From assembly GCA_963779415.1 (NCBI GenBank), contig CAVZYA010000002.1, positions 1 through 64,000 on the forward strand: DNA of 64,000 nt, given 5' to 3'. Source of the stretch: an uncultured Acidobacteriota bacterium. GTDB taxonomy: Bacteria; Acidobacteriota; Thermoanaerobaculia; UBA5066. A program made the position numbers and the translations under genes. The notes under the pieces are model-generated. The model was not told the origin of the DNA. It worked only from the letters and a program-made list of their open reading frames with translations, and searched no databases. Of this stretch, positions 38,125 to 48,271 are shown piece by piece (the first letter of the stretch is position 1; each line of letters opens with the position of its first letter).

Positions 38125-38769
38125 TCAGGAAGAGAGCAGCCTCTCCAGCCGCGCGAAGAGGAACTCCATCGCGGCGGCGTTTTCGCCCCCTTCGGGGATG
38201 ATCAGGTCGGCCCAGCGCTTCGACGGCTCGACGAACTCGAGATGCATCGGGCGGACGGAGGTGGTGTACTGCTCGACGACGCTCTCCAGCGTCCTCCCCC
38301 GCTCGGCGATGTCGCGCCGGATCCGCCGGATGAGGCGGACGTCCGCGTCCGTGTCGACGAAGATTTTCACGTCGAAAAGCCTCCGAAGCTCCGGCTCGGC
38401 GAAGATGAGGATCCCTTCCACGAGGACGATCCGCTTCGGAAGGACGCGCCGCGTCCGGGGAGTCCGGCGGTGGACCCGGAAGTCGTAGATCGGCGCCTCG
38501 ATGGCCAGCCCCTGCTTGAGCGCCTGGAGGTGCCGGACGAGAAGCCCGGTCTCGAGCGAGTCGGGATGGTCGAAGTTCTTCCGGTCGAGGACGTCCTTAG
38601 GCAGGTCCGACCAGTCGCGGTAGTAGGCGTCGTGGAAGAGGACGGAAATCCGGTCGTCGCCGACGCGCCGGAGGATGGCGTTCGCGACGGTCGTCTTTCC
38701 GGACCCCGTCCCCCCCGCGACGCCGATGACGAAGGGAGCAGGCTCTCCCTCCGGACTACTTGAAGGCAT
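38125..38769 (-). CDS. udk: Uridine kinase
   Basis: [50 protein letters not shown]; exact start uncertain. Confidence 0.95.
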   Translation of the reverse strand: MPSSSPEGEPAPFVIGVAGGTGSGKTTVANAILRRVGDDRISVLFHDAYYRDWSDLPKDVLDRKNFDHPDSLETGLLVRHLQALKQGLAIEAPIYDFRVHRRTPRTRRVLPKRIVLVEGILIFAEPELRRLFDVKIFVDTDADVRLIRRIRRDIAERGRTLESVVEQYTTSVRPMHLEFVEPSKRWADLIIPEGGENAAAMEFLFARLERLLSS

Positions 38770-39697
38770 CCAGCATCTCCTTCGCCACGGCGGCGTCGGA
38801 GCCCTTCGGGTCGAGCCTCAAGTACTCCGTCAGGTGCTGCTTCATGTCGGGAATCTTGTTCAGATTCACGCAGGTCATCCCGAGGAGGAAATGCGCCCTG
38901 GCGTAATCGGGCTTCACCTCGAGGACCTTCCGGAGGATCGGCTCGGCCCCCTTGAAGTCGTTCTTGTTGTAGAGGTCGACCGCCTGGTTGTAGAGGATGT
39001 CGGGGTTGTCCGGATTCGCCGCGGCGTACTTCTTCTCGTACTCGGCCGCCTTCGCCTTGTCCCCCTTCGTCCGGTACGCCTCGACGAGAAGGCCGTCGAG
39101 GTCCGTCTGCTCGGGATCGAGCGAGAGCGCCTTCTCGCCGTATGCGATCGCCTTGTCCCACTCCTTCGACAGACGGGCGATCTTGGCGGCGAGGGCCCAT
39201 CCGCCGGCCTTCTCCGGACCGAGCTTCGTCGCTTCCTCGGCCAGGGCGAGAGCGCCGGGGAGCTCCTTGGCGTGGAACTTTTCCACGGCTCCGTTGAAGG
39301 CCTCCACGTACGGGTCCTTCCTGATTTCCGCCTTGCCGGTCGCGACGGCCTGCTCGGCCGTGTAGAGGACCGTCGAGAACTCCTCCGTCGAGCCGACGCC
39401 GACCTTCTTCGTCATCTCCCACGTGACGTGGCCCTGCTTCTCGAACTTGTAGGTGTAGGGGGGGACCGCATTGCCGAGGATCGACCCCCACTTCCCGTTC
39501 TTGTCGGTCACGAGCTCGAGCTTGAACCGTGTGAGGGCCGTCGTCGTGATGGTGATCCTCACCCCTTCGAGCGGGACTCCCTTGGCGTCCTTGACGATGC
39601 CCTGGACCCGGGCCTGCTGCGCCGAAGCCCCGCCGGCGAAGACGAGGGCCGCCGCGACGAGGAGCGCCCACGCGAGATGAGAGCGGCGAGTGCGCAT
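38756..39697 (-). CDS. Exported carboxypeptidase-regulatory-like domain + TPR protein
   Basis: Signal peptide; VQGIVKDAKGVPLEGVRI...TDKNGKW; TPR repeats. Confidence 0.85.
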   Translation of the reverse strand: MRTRRSHLAWALLVAAALVFAGGASAQQARVQGIVKDAKGVPLEGVRITITTTALTRFKLELVTDKNGKWGSILGNAVPPYTYKFEKQGHVTWEMTKKVGVGSTEEFSTVLYTAEQAVATGKAEIRKDPYVEAFNGAVEKFHAKELPGALALAEEATKLGPEKAGGWALAAKIARLSKEWDKAIAYGEKALSLDPEQTDLDGLLVEAYRTKGDKAKAAEYEKKYAAANPDNPDILYNQAVDLYNKNDFKGAEPILRKVLEVKPDYARAHFLLGMTCVNLNKIPDMKQHLTEYLRLDPKGSDAAVAKEMLDAFK

Positions 39698-39811
39698 GGA
39701 ATCCTCCGGCGAGCGCGGCCGGCACCGCGTCCTGCCGCGGTTACTCTACCCCCGCAACCCGGCTCGTCCGATCCTGCGCGTGCATCAGGGAGCCCCCCCG
39801 GCGGGCCCGGA

Positions 39812-40255
39812 TCAGTTCCGGCGGACGAGCGGGCGACCTTTCGCGTCCTTCATCGATCCGGTGGCGATGAGGATGATGTCGACGATCCACCAGATGAGGC
39901 ACCCGCCGAGCGTGAAAAGCTTCAGGAGGCCGAGGCCGACGTATCCCATGTAGAAGCGGTCCACGCCGAACTTTCCGAGGAAGATCGAGAAGAGCAGCGT
40001 CGTGAGCCAGTCCTTCGGCTCCCCGGAACCGGCCGGCGCCGGGGCCGTCGGAGGGGCCGGCTGCACCGGCAACGCCGCAACCTCGGCGATCGTCTCCTTC
40101 AGTTCGCCCCGCTCGCCGAGAGGCATCCAGCTCGCCTCGCCCGACCGGAACGAGAGACTCTGGGCGCCGACGCGTCCCTCCCGGATCCACTGTCTGAGGA
40201 CGGCCTCCTCGACCGGTCCGTACTGCTGGCCATTTGCGCCGATGACGTAGTACAT
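39812..40255 (-). CDS. GYF_2 (DUF4339)-like + TM2 domain protein
   Basis: GQQYGPV...W..EGR; [17 protein letters not shown]...[16 protein letters not shown]. Confidence 0.88.
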   Translation of the reverse strand: MYYVIGANGQQYGPVEEAVLRQWIREGRVGAQSLSFRSGEASWMPLGERGELKETIAEVAALPVQPAPPTAPAPAGSGEPKDWLTTLLFSIFLGKFGVDRFYMGYVGLGLLKLFTLGGCLIWWIVDIILIATGSMKDAKGRPLVRRN

Positions 40256-40369
40256 GGCGACGCCTCTTTCTCCCCTCCGATACGGAAAACGCCGGGGGGA
40301 GGTTCCCGTGGAGCTGTCCAGCCATCCTAACCGACAGGGTAGAGCGCTGGTATGTTGTATGGGGGGGTC

Positions 40370-41997
40370 ATGGCCGTCCGTACGTCGCCCGAAGCCCGCC
40401 GGAAGGCGCTGCTCGCCGCCGAGCGGCCGACCGAGGAGCTGACGCTTCACGGTCGGCACCGGATCGCCTTCGGCTTCCCGAACGCGTACGAGATCGGGAT
40501 GTCGAGCCTCGGCTTCCAGTGGGTCTACCGGCTCTTCAACCGCGAGGAGACGTGGCGTGCGAGCGCTTCTTCGTCGAGGAGGAGCTGGACCCTCGGGGCG
40601 TCCGGACGCTGGAGAGCGGAACTCCTGTCGGCCGGTTCCCGCTCGTCGCCCTTTCCGTCTCGTGGGAGATGGACTACGCGAATCTCCTCCGCTTCCTCCC
40701 CGCCGCCCGGATCCCGCTCGAACGGGAGGAGCGCGGTGAAGGGGACCCGATCGTCCTCGTCGGCGGCGACGCCGCGCGGATCAATCCCGCCCCCCTGACG
40801 CCGTGGGTCGACGTCTTCGCGATGGGGGACGGCGAGAAGCTCGTCCCCGAGATCGCCGACGTCCTCCGGAGGGATCTATCCCGCGAGGCGACGCTCGCGG
40901 CGCTTTCGGAGGTCAGGGGCCTCTACGTGCCGGCCCTCCACGGGCCCGGAGGAGAGACCGCCGGGGAGGGGCGGATCGTCGTCCAGCAGTTCAAGGCCGC
41001 CGAAGGAGCGGACCGGGAGCCACCGCACACGACGCTCCTGACCCCCCACACGGAGCTTTCCGACAAGCTCCTCGTCGAAGTGGCGCGCGGCTGCTCGGAG
41101 ATGTGCCGCTTCTGCTGGGCCGCCTACGCCATGGCGCCGCAGGTCCGGATCCCGGCGGAACGCATCCTTTCCGTGGCGACGCGCTGCCGGCCGCTCACCT
41201 CCCGGATCGGCCTCATCGCCACCGCGGTGGCCGACCACCCCGAGATCCTCCCGATCCTCCGCGGCCTTTCGGATCTCGGCTATCACATCGCCCTCTCCTC
41301 CGTGAAGATCGACGCGATCTCGGAGGAGATCCTCGCGATCCTGACGCGCCAGGGAGAGCGGGCGCTCGCGATCGCCCCCGAGGCGGGGAACGAGCGTCTC
41401 CGGCGGGCGATCAACAAGAAGGTCTCCGACGAGATGCTGCGCGAGAAGGCGCATCTCATCGCCGCCTCCGGGATCACGCAGCTGAAGCTCTACCTCCAGA
41501 TCGGGCTCCCCGGGGAGACGGACGAGGACGTCGCCGACCTCGTCCGCCTCGTGGACGACCTGCGCCGGATCTTTCTCGCCGAGGGACGAAAGCGCGGGCG
41601 GGTCGGGACGCTCGTCCCGACCGTGAACGCCTTCATCCCGAAGCCGCACACCCCCTTCGAGAACGAGGTTCTGGACGATCCCGAGAGCCTCGCGAAGAAG
41701 CTCGCTCTCCTCGGCGACGCCTTCCGGGCGATGCCGAACGTCGTCTTTCGCGGGATGCCGGTCGTCGAGGCGGTCTGGGAGGCCTACCTCGCGAAGATGG
41801 GCTTCGAGTCGGGGCCGATCCTCCGCGAGGCCGCCGCGGGGACGCCGATCCGCCGGATCGTGAAGGAGCACCGCGAGACGATCCTCTCCGTCATCCGCCC
41901 CCCCGGCGCCTCCGCGGCCGGCTCTCTCCTGGCGCGGGGCGTCTTCGACCCCCACGCGCGCGCCGCCTCCCCGTGGGGGTTCATCTCGAAGTCGTGA
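40370..41997 (+). CDS. Radical SAM protein (TIGR03960/YgiQ-like), single-base frameshift near 40549
   Basis: [18 protein letters not shown] in one frame, then ACERFF...[50 protein letters not shown]. Confidence 0.88.
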
Positions 41998-42470
41998 GAC
42001 GGCTCTTCCCGGTTCCCGTCCTCCTTGTCCTTCTTCTCTTCGCGTGCGAGACGCCCTCGGACGAAGAAGTCCTCCGGCAGACCTTCGCGGTGCCGCGCGT
42101 GGCGCGGCTCGTCTCGATCGAGGCGCAGCCGAAGAGCACCGGCGCCGACGGGCGCGAAGGGCTCACGATCGACGCCGTCTTCGGCTTCGGCCCCGACGAG
42201 CTGGAGGCCTACCGGGTCCGGCTGGAGAACGACCCGACGTGGCGCCCGCTCCCCCCTCCGGAAGAGCTCCTGGCCCGGCTTCCCGGCGGGGCGCACCCTC
42301 CCTTCGGCGCGGTGAGAGGCGCCTGGGCCTGCCGGACGGCGGGCGACGACCTGATGCGCGCGCGAAAGAGCGACTGCGCGGAGCGGACGGGAAAGCTCAA
42401 AGACGCGATGATCGCCGTCCTCGATCTCGACCGGCGGACGCTTCGCGTCCACGTCAGGACGGAATACTGA
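41994..42470 (+). CDS. Hypothetical lipoprotein
   Basis: GTG start overlapping upstream TGA; lipobox LLFA-C. Confidence 0.7.
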   Translation: MRRLFPVPVLLVLLLFACETPSDEEVLRQTFAVPRVARLVSIEAQPKSTGADGREGLTIDAVFGFGPDELEAYRVRLENDPTWRPLPPPEELLARLPGGAHPPFGAVRGAWACRTAGDDLMRARKSDCAERTGKLKDAMIAVLDLDRRTLRVHVRTEY

Positions 42471-42479
42471 CGCGCACCC

Positions 42480-43244
42480 TCATCCCTGCGCGGCGCTGAA
42501 GAACGTCTCGGCGCCCGCCTTGAGGAGCGCGCCGACGGAGTGAAGAAGGATCCGGTGCCCTTTCCCGACGAGGACCTTCGCCCGCTCGCCGGTCGGCGCG
42601 ACCGTCCCGACGAGGCGCCCGGCCGCCAGCGCCGCCTTGGTGATCCGGTCGATCGCCTCCTCCACCTCCGGATGTCCCGGTCCGTCCGCAAAGCCCATCG
42701 CCATCGAGAGATCGCGCGGGCCGATGATGAATCCGTCGACCCCGGGGACTCTCGCCAGCTCCGCGACATGCTCCATCGCCTCGACCGTCTCGATCTGCGG
42801 CAGGACGAGGGTCTCCGCGTTCGCCCTCGGAACCCAGGCGTCCTGCGCCTCGCCGCCGAGGAACCACCGGTTCGCCCGGACCGGCGCGATGCCCCGCTCC
42901 CCCTCGGGCGGGTATTTCACGGCGGAGACGAGGCGCCGGGCCTCCTCCACCGTCCGGACTCCGGGAAGCATCACTCCCTGCATCCCGGCGTCGAGGTACT
43001 GGAGGATCAGCTTCGGGTCGAGGCCACGCGGCCGGACGAGGGGCGCCATCCCGACGATCTCGCAGGCGCGGACGAACGCCTCGGCCTCGCGCGGCCCGGC
43101 CGGGCCGTGCTCCGTGTCGAGGATGAAGAGGTCGAACCCGAGGAGGCCCACCATCTCGACGAGAGAGCCGTCCGTGTCGGGCGAGAGGAGGCCGAAGAGG
43201 GCGTTTCCGTCTGCGAAGCGCTGGCGGAGGGTGGGGCGTGTCAT
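42480..43244 (-). CDS. HpcH/HpaI aldolase family protein
   Basis: LDTEHG, LDAGMQGVMLP, KYPPEGERG, PQIET, IGPRDLS. Confidence 0.92.
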   Translation of the reverse strand: MTRPTLRQRFADGNALFGLLSPDTDGSLVEMVGLLGFDLFILDTEHGPAGPREAEAFVRACEIVGMAPLVRPRGLDPKLILQYLDAGMQGVMLPGVRTVEEARRLVSAVKYPPEGERGIAPVRANRWFLGGEAQDAWVPRANAETLVLPQIETVEAMEHVAELARVPGVDGFIIGPRDLSMAMGFADGPGHPEVEEAIDRITKAALAAGRLVGTVAPTGERAKVLVGKGHRILLHSVGALLKAGAETFFSAAQG

Positions 43245-43254
43245 CCCTCCATTC

Positions 43255-44208
43255 TCAACCCAGCCGCCTGCCGAGCCGCCACGAGCCCCACCCGAGGAGG
43301 AAACCGGCGTAACCGTCCACGGCGTAGTGCCACCCCGTCATGAGGGAACCGAAAAACGTCAGAACGGAGCAGACGCCGAAGAGGAGCGACAGACGCGGAA
43401 GCCGCTTCCGGGCGGCGAATGCGAGGAAGACCTGTGCAGCGACGTGGAGACTCGGCATGGCGGCGATGCCGAAGACGGCGTTGAGCGAAGTCCCGGGCTT
43501 CATCCCCGACGTGACGACGCGGTACTGCGCGATCAGGAGGCGCTGCGTCTCGGTCTGGAGCGGCAGATGGGCCCGAACGGCCGCGTAGTCGTCGGGAAAG
43601 ACGTAGCAGGGCCCCAGCGACGGGAGCGCGACGTAGAGCCACGAGGCGGCGATCCAGAGGAGAGCGAAGCCCGCGGCGAAGCGGGCCCGCTCCCGAGGGT
43701 CGAGGGCCGAGGCGAGGAGGGCGAAGCCGAATCCCATCGAGAAGACGAAGCCGGCGTAGTAGACGTCGATGCCCCGAAGGAGCGCGGGGTACGGGAAGAG
43801 CTCGATCAGAAACCGGTTCGGGTTGATTCCGAGATGGAGCTTCATGTCCAGTGCCGCGAGGAGCGGATCGGTCACCCAGCGGTTCAGATGGGGGACGAAG
43901 ACCTTCAGCCACGAGTAGCTCCACGTCATGAGGCCGAGGACGACGAACATCCGCGCGAGGTCGAGAAGGCTCGCCGGACGGAGAAGGAGCCGCAGGTAGA
44001 GCCGGGCGCGCGCCGTGCCGTCCCGGGCGGCGACCGCGATCGCATGGAGAGCCGCCCCCGCGGCGACGAGGCCGAGGCCGAGCAGGAACGTCGAGGGCTG
44101 TGCCTCGAGAAGCGACCGGACCGGAAGGCCGACGCGTCTCGAAAGGAGGGTCGCGACGAGAAGCGTGTTCGCGAGGACGAGGATCTCGTAAGGGCGAACG
44201 CGCCTCAC
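43255..44208 (-). CDS. PAP2_3 (Aur1/IPC-synthase-like) membrane phosphoesterase or transferase
   Basis: LPSLGP, AAMPSLHVA, GWHYAVDG; multi-TM. Confidence 0.85.
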   Translation of the reverse strand: MRRVRPYEILVLANTLLVATLLSRRVGLPVRSLLEAQPSTFLLGLGLVAAGAALHAIAVAARDGTARARLYLRLLLRPASLLDLARMFVVLGLMTWSYSWLKVFVPHLNRWVTDPLLAALDMKLHLGINPNRFLIELFPYPALLRGIDVYYAGFVFSMGFGFALLASALDPRERARFAAGFALLWIAASWLYVALPSLGPCYVFPDDYAAVRAHLPLQTETQRLLIAQYRVVTSGMKPGTSLNAVFGIAAMPSLHVAAQVFLAFAARKRLPRLSLLFGVCSVLTFFGSLMTGWHYAVDGYAGFLLGWGSWRLGRRLG

Positions 44209-45359
44209 GCCTTCCGCCTCCGGGCCGCGGCGACGAAACGCTCCGCGGCCGCCTCCACCTCTTCCGCCGTCGTGAATCGGCCGAGGCCGAATCGGATCGA
44301 GGAGGCCGCCTCCTCCGCGCTCCGACCGATGCCGCGAAGGACGTGGCTCGGCTCCGGCGACGCGGAGGTGCAGGCCGAGCCCGCCGAGACGGCGACGTCG
44401 CGGACGTCCATCATCAGGTCGTCGGCCCGGAGGCCCGCAAAACCGACGTTCAGGTTGCCGGCGAGGCGCTCCGTCGGATGCCCGTTCACAAACGCGCCGG
44501 GGACATCCGAGAGGAGCCGTGCCTCGAGCCGGTCGCGAAGGAGGCGGACGCGGGCCTGCTCTTCCTCCCGCTCCTCGAGGGCGAGTCGCGTCGCCGCGCC
44601 GAGGCCGACGACGGCGGGAACGTCGAGCGTCCCGGGGCGGAGCCCCTTTTCGTGCCCGCCGCCGAAGAGGACCGGCTCGAGCCGCACTCCCGGGTTTCGG
44701 GCGCGGACGAAAAGCGCTCCGGCCCCTTTCGGCCCGCAGATCTTGTGGCCCGAGAGGGAGAGGAGGTCGACCCCCGCCTCGTGGATGGCGATCGGGACCT
44801 TTCCGAAGGCCTGTGCCGCGTCGGTGTGGAAGAGGACTCCCCGCTCCCGGCAGACCTTTCCGATCTCGCGTAGCGAATTGAGCGTTCCGATCTCGTTGTT
44901 CGCCGCCGAGAGGGAGACGAGGATCGTCCGCTCCGTCAGCGCCGCGGCGACGGAGGACGGAGCCGTGGCTCCGAACGGGTCCGGCGAAAGATACGTGACG
45001 CGAAAGCCTTCCTCCGCAAGCGCGCGGCAGGGGTCGAGGACCGCCCGGTGCTCGATCGACGAGGTGACGACGTGGTCCCCGCGCGTCCGGCCGGCGCGCG
45101 CGGCGCCGAGGAGGGCGAGGTTGTTCGACTCGGTCGCTCCCGACGTGAAGACGATCTCGCGCGGCTCGGCCCCGAGGGCTTCCGCCACCGCCTCGCGGGC
45201 GATCGTGACGGCGGCTTCCGCGCGGAGGCCGAAAGCGTGCGTCCGAGAGGCCGCGTTCCCGAAGTGCTCCGAGAAGAAGGGGAGCATGGCGGTGAGGACA
45301 CGCGGGTCGACCGGCGTCGTGGCGTGGTAGTCGAGATAGATCGGGAACTTCAGGGCCAT
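44205..45359 (-). CDS. iscS: Cysteine desulfurase (IscS/NifS group I)
   Basis: YLDYHATTP, FTSGATESNN, HTDAAQ, SGHK, RPGT, SAGSACTS, SIRFGLGR. Confidence 0.93.
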   Translation of the reverse strand: MALKFPIYLDYHATTPVDPRVLTAMLPFFSEHFGNAASRTHAFGLRAEAAVTIAREAVAEALGAEPREIVFTSGATESNNLALLGAARAGRTRGDHVVTSSIEHRAVLDPCRALAEEGFRVTYLSPDPFGATAPSSVAAALTERTILVSLSAANNEIGTLNSLREIGKVCRERGVLFHTDAAQAFGKVPIAIHEAGVDLLSLSGHKICGPKGAGALFVRARNPGVRLEPVLFGGGHEKGLRPGTLDVPAVVGLGAATRLALEEREEEQARVRLLRDRLEARLLSDVPGAFVNGHPTERLAGNLNVGFAGLRADDLMMDVRDVAVSAGSACTSASPEPSHVLRGIGRSAEEAASSIRFGLGRFTTAEEVEAAAERFVAAARRRKA

Positions 45360-45422
45360 CCGCCGTTTCACCCCCCCGGGGGTTTCATCGTGGCGGGACT
45401 CCGGTCAGAATTCAAGGACGCC

Positions 45423-45704
45423 ATGCGCCACGTCCTCGTCGCCACCACCCGGAGACACCAGCTCGCCGACGAGCTGCGCGACGTCGCCGACGGCCGGACG
45501 ACCTTCGTCTCCGTCCACGGGGTCGAAGCGACGCTCGAGCGGATCGCCCGGTCGGCCCGCCTCGACGCCGTCGTCACCGACGATCCCGGGGTCTACGCGG
45601 CGATCCGGAGCGAGATCCCGGGGAACATCCCCCTCCACCTCGTCGCCGACGACGAAGGCCCGCACGCCGTCCTCGAGGCGCTCGACGGCGACGTCATGGC
45701 ATAG
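45423..45704 (+). CDS. Small hypothetical protein, possibly degenerate receiver-like
   Basis: AAGGA RBS; alternating beta/alpha pattern, LDAVVTD. Confidence 0.55.
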   Translation: MRHVLVATTRRHQLADELRDVADGRTTFVSVHGVEATLERIARSARLDAVVTDDPGVYAAIRSEIPGNIPLHLVADDEGPHAVLEALDGDVMA

Positions 45705-45731
45705 GGCAGCGGTACGATTCAGAACGAAAGT

Positions 45732-46004
45732 ATGAACGAACCCGAAGACCCGACCTTCGCTCCCGCCGACACCTCCCCCGAGGCGCGGGAGGTGCAGTTC
45801 GAGATCTACCGAAAGATGGGGACCTCGGGCCGCTTCCGCGCGGGGCTCGACCTCTGCGAGGAGGTCCGAACAGGTCTCTTGGCGGCCGTCCGCGCAAGGC
45901 ACCCGGAATACGACGACGAAACGCTCCGGCTTGCGACGGTACGGCTCCTCCTCGGAGAGGAGCTGTTCCGCGAGGTCTTTCCCGGCATCGAGGTCAGACC
46001 CTGA
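45732..46004 (+). CDS. Small helical protein paired with a nucleotidyltransferase
   Basis: DTSPEAREVQFEIYRKM...R...VRARHPEY; stop overlaps next start. Confidence 0.75.
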   Translation: MNEPEDPTFAPADTSPEAREVQFEIYRKMGTSGRFRAGLDLCEEVRTGLLAAVRARHPEYDDETLRLATVRLLLGEELFREVFPGIEVRP

Positions 46005-46561
46005 CATTCGAAGAATTCCTTCGGCTCGTCACGGGACGTCTCGAGACCTGTGGCATTCCCTACATGGTCAGCGGCGGCGTGGCGACACTGGCCCATGGCG
46101 AGCCACGGTTCACGGCAGATGCCGACATCGTCATCGCCCCCTCTCCGGAGCAGATCGAACGCTTCGTCGGCCTCTTTAAGGAGTCCGAGACCTACCTGAG
46201 TCGCGAGGCTGTCGCCGAGGCCCTCCGAGAGCGAACGATGTTCAACATCATCGACTCCCGCTCCGGCTGGAAGGCCGATCTGGTATTCCTGAAGGGCACC
46301 CCTTTCAGCCGGACGGAATTCGACCGGCGTCGATCCATCGAAGCTCTCGGCGTCCGTGTCACCGGTGTTTCCCCGGAGGACCTCGTTCTGAGCAAGCTCT
46401 CCTGGGGAAAGAAATCCGCTTCCGAGAAGCAGCTCCGCGACGTCGCCGGAATCCTTCGGATCCAGCGCGACGCGCTCGACCTCGACTATCTCCGCCGTTG
46501 GGCAAAGGAGCTGGGCGTCGAAGAGATCCTCGAGGAGCTGCTTAGAGAGACGGGCTCCTGA
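46001..46561 (+). CDS. Nucleotidyltransferase-superfamily protein (DUF6036-like), probable CTG start
   Basis: In-frame CTG at 46001 overlapping upstream TGA, GAGG upstream; GIPYMVSGGVA...EPRFTADAD...KAD...SPEDLVLSKL.W...LDLDYLRRWA. Confidence 0.8.
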   Translation: MTFEEFLRLVTGRLETCGIPYMVSGGVATLAHGEPRFTADADIVIAPSPEQIERFVGLFKESETYLSREAVAEALRERTMFNIIDSRSGWKADLVFLKGTPFSRTEFDRRRSIEALGVRVTGVSPEDLVLSKLSWGKKSASEKQLRDVAGILRIQRDALDLDYLRRWAKELGVEEILEELLRETGS

Positions 46562-46576
46562 CCCCGGCCCTCGACG

Positions 46577-48253
46577 TCAGCGGGGGGCCTCCTCCAGCTG
46601 TCCCCGCTTGTACTCGCTCCGCATCTCGGACTGGAGCCGGCCGAGGCGGTAAGTGCCCCGGTTGACGAAGCGCCCCCAGACCGCGAGCGACGGGTGGACG
46701 GTCTCGATCTGCCTCCAGATCTCCTGGACGAGGACCCGGTAGTCGGGGTGCCCCTGCGGCATCGAGCGCAGCTCGCAGAAGTGAATCGCCTCGCGGAGGT
46801 TCATCCGGACGGCCCAGCGCGTCCGGAAGGCGAAGGGGACGACGTACTGGGCTTCCCATGGGAACTCCCCCCGCAGCTTCTCGTGGAGGCTCGCAGCTTC
46901 TTCCATGCAGGCGTCAAAGAGCGGGCGGCCGCCGATCTGGTCGATCTCGGTCGGGACGTCCCAGCCGTGCGCCGTCGTGAAGAGCTGCCGCTCCTGCGAG
47001 AGGATCCGGTGCCGGTGAAGGTCCCGGTAGATGCCGAAGTTCCCGAGGAGATCGAAGGTGTAGTCGACCGCCTCCAGCGCCCGCGGCGGCTTGTCGCGCC
47101 GGTGACGGCGGAGGGTGGCCAGCTCCTCCATCCGGGCGGCGCGCTCCGCGGGGGGCATCGCGGCCACCCGCGAGCGGAGGAGCGCGAGCGGCGCCTCGGC
47201 GTGGGAGTAGAGAAGCGCGGCAAGGACCTTCTCTTCGGCGTCGGGGTCGTAGTCGAGGAGCTGAACCCGCTCTCGCGGAGTCGGCTCGGGGAGAGCGGAT
47301 CCCGGGACCGACCGGGCCATCGCTCCGGTTCGCTCCCTTAGCGCCTCGAGGTAGTCGCTCCGCCCGGCGCGCTTCACGAAGGCCGGGATCAGCTCGTCCA
47401 GCTCCGATTTCAACGCGCCCCCGAGGAGGTTCAGCTCCCCGAGCGGGTGCGAGAGGAGGCGGTCGATCAGGTGCTCGTACGCCTGCCCGGAAGCGAAGAC
47501 GCCGACGTTCGTCCGGGTGGCGCCCGGAAGGTAGCCGCGCATGACGTCGCAGGCGTGGGCACGGACCGTGGCGTCGTAGGCCCGCTTCGCCATCTTCAGG
47601 AGATCCTCGTCCCGGGTGACCTCGGCCCATGCCAGCGGTTCCCCGCTCCTCGGGTGCCGGACCTCGACCTCCTCGATCGGAAGAAGCTTCCGGATTCCCT
47701 CGAGCATCGGCTCGATCTGGGCGGCGTACGCCGAGAAGAGGCCGTCCATCAACGTCAGGAACGGATTGCGGTGCGGGGAGGCGCAGAGCCGCTCCTCGGG
47801 ATGGAAGAGCCAGCTTCCCTCGGCGTCCTTCCGGTCGAAGCGGACGTAGCGCGTCGACTTCTCGAGAAAGGCGATCCCGACCCGGCTGTCCTCGATCGCC
47901 TTGGCCGCCACGTTCGAGATCCCCTCGAGCGCCATGTGGGCGCCGCCGAGCTGCGCCACGGAGTCGTCGCCGTAGCCGACGAGGACGCGGTCGTAGAACT
48001 CGCGCGCCTTCCGGAGCGCGGAACGGCTCTCCGGCGTCCCGGGCCCTCCGGAGAGGAGCCCGGCCGCCAGCCCATCGCCGCCGCGAAACTCGTCGAGGAA
48101 GATGCGCCGAAGGCTCTTCGTCGTCCGGCTGTAGCGCGAGAAGAGCGCGCCGGCCACTTCCTGCGGGAGCTTGAGCCCGAAGACGTCGCGGTCGGTATTG
48201 GTGAAGTAGGGAGAGAGAGCGCGCCGCTCGGTCTCGAAAAAAGCCTCGGCCAT
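46577..48253 (-). CDS. thyX: FAD-dependent thymidylate synthase-like protein with tandem Thy1 domains
   Basis: LFSRYSR, GYGDDSVAQL, LEKSTRY, RGYLP..T.TN; second domain RDLHRHR, NLREAIHFCELRS..QGHPDYR. Confidence 0.85.
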   Translation of the reverse strand: MAEAFFETERRALSPYFTNTDRDVFGLKLPQEVAGALFSRYSRTTKSLRRIFLDEFRGGDGLAAGLLSGGPGTPESRSALRKAREFYDRVLVGYGDDSVAQLGGAHMALEGISNVAAKAIEDSRVGIAFLEKSTRYVRFDRKDAEGSWLFHPEERLCASPHRNPFLTLMDGLFSAYAAQIEPMLEGIRKLLPIEEVEVRHPRSGEPLAWAEVTRDEDLLKMAKRAYDATVRAHACDVMRGYLPGATRTNVGVFASGQAYEHLIDRLLSHPLGELNLLGGALKSELDELIPAFVKRAGRSDYLEALRERTGAMARSVPGSALPEPTPRERVQLLDYDPDAEEKVLAALLYSHAEAPLALLRSRVAAMPPAERAARMEELATLRRHRRDKPPRALEAVDYTFDLLGNFGIYRDLHRHRILSQERQLFTTAHGWDVPTEIDQIGGRPLFDACMEEAASLHEKLRGEFPWEAQYVVPFAFRTRWAVRMNLREAIHFCELRSMPQGHPDYRVLVQEIWRQIETVHPSLAVWGRFVNRGTYRLGRLQSEMRSEYKRGQLEEAPR

Positions 48254-48271
48254 TTCCCGTGATCTTATCCG

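Noticed and set aside
42637-45330. 897-aa plus-strand ORF (similarly 60729-63464 and 54427-56094)
   Set aside because: Shadow ORFs opposite or off-frame to well-supported genes.
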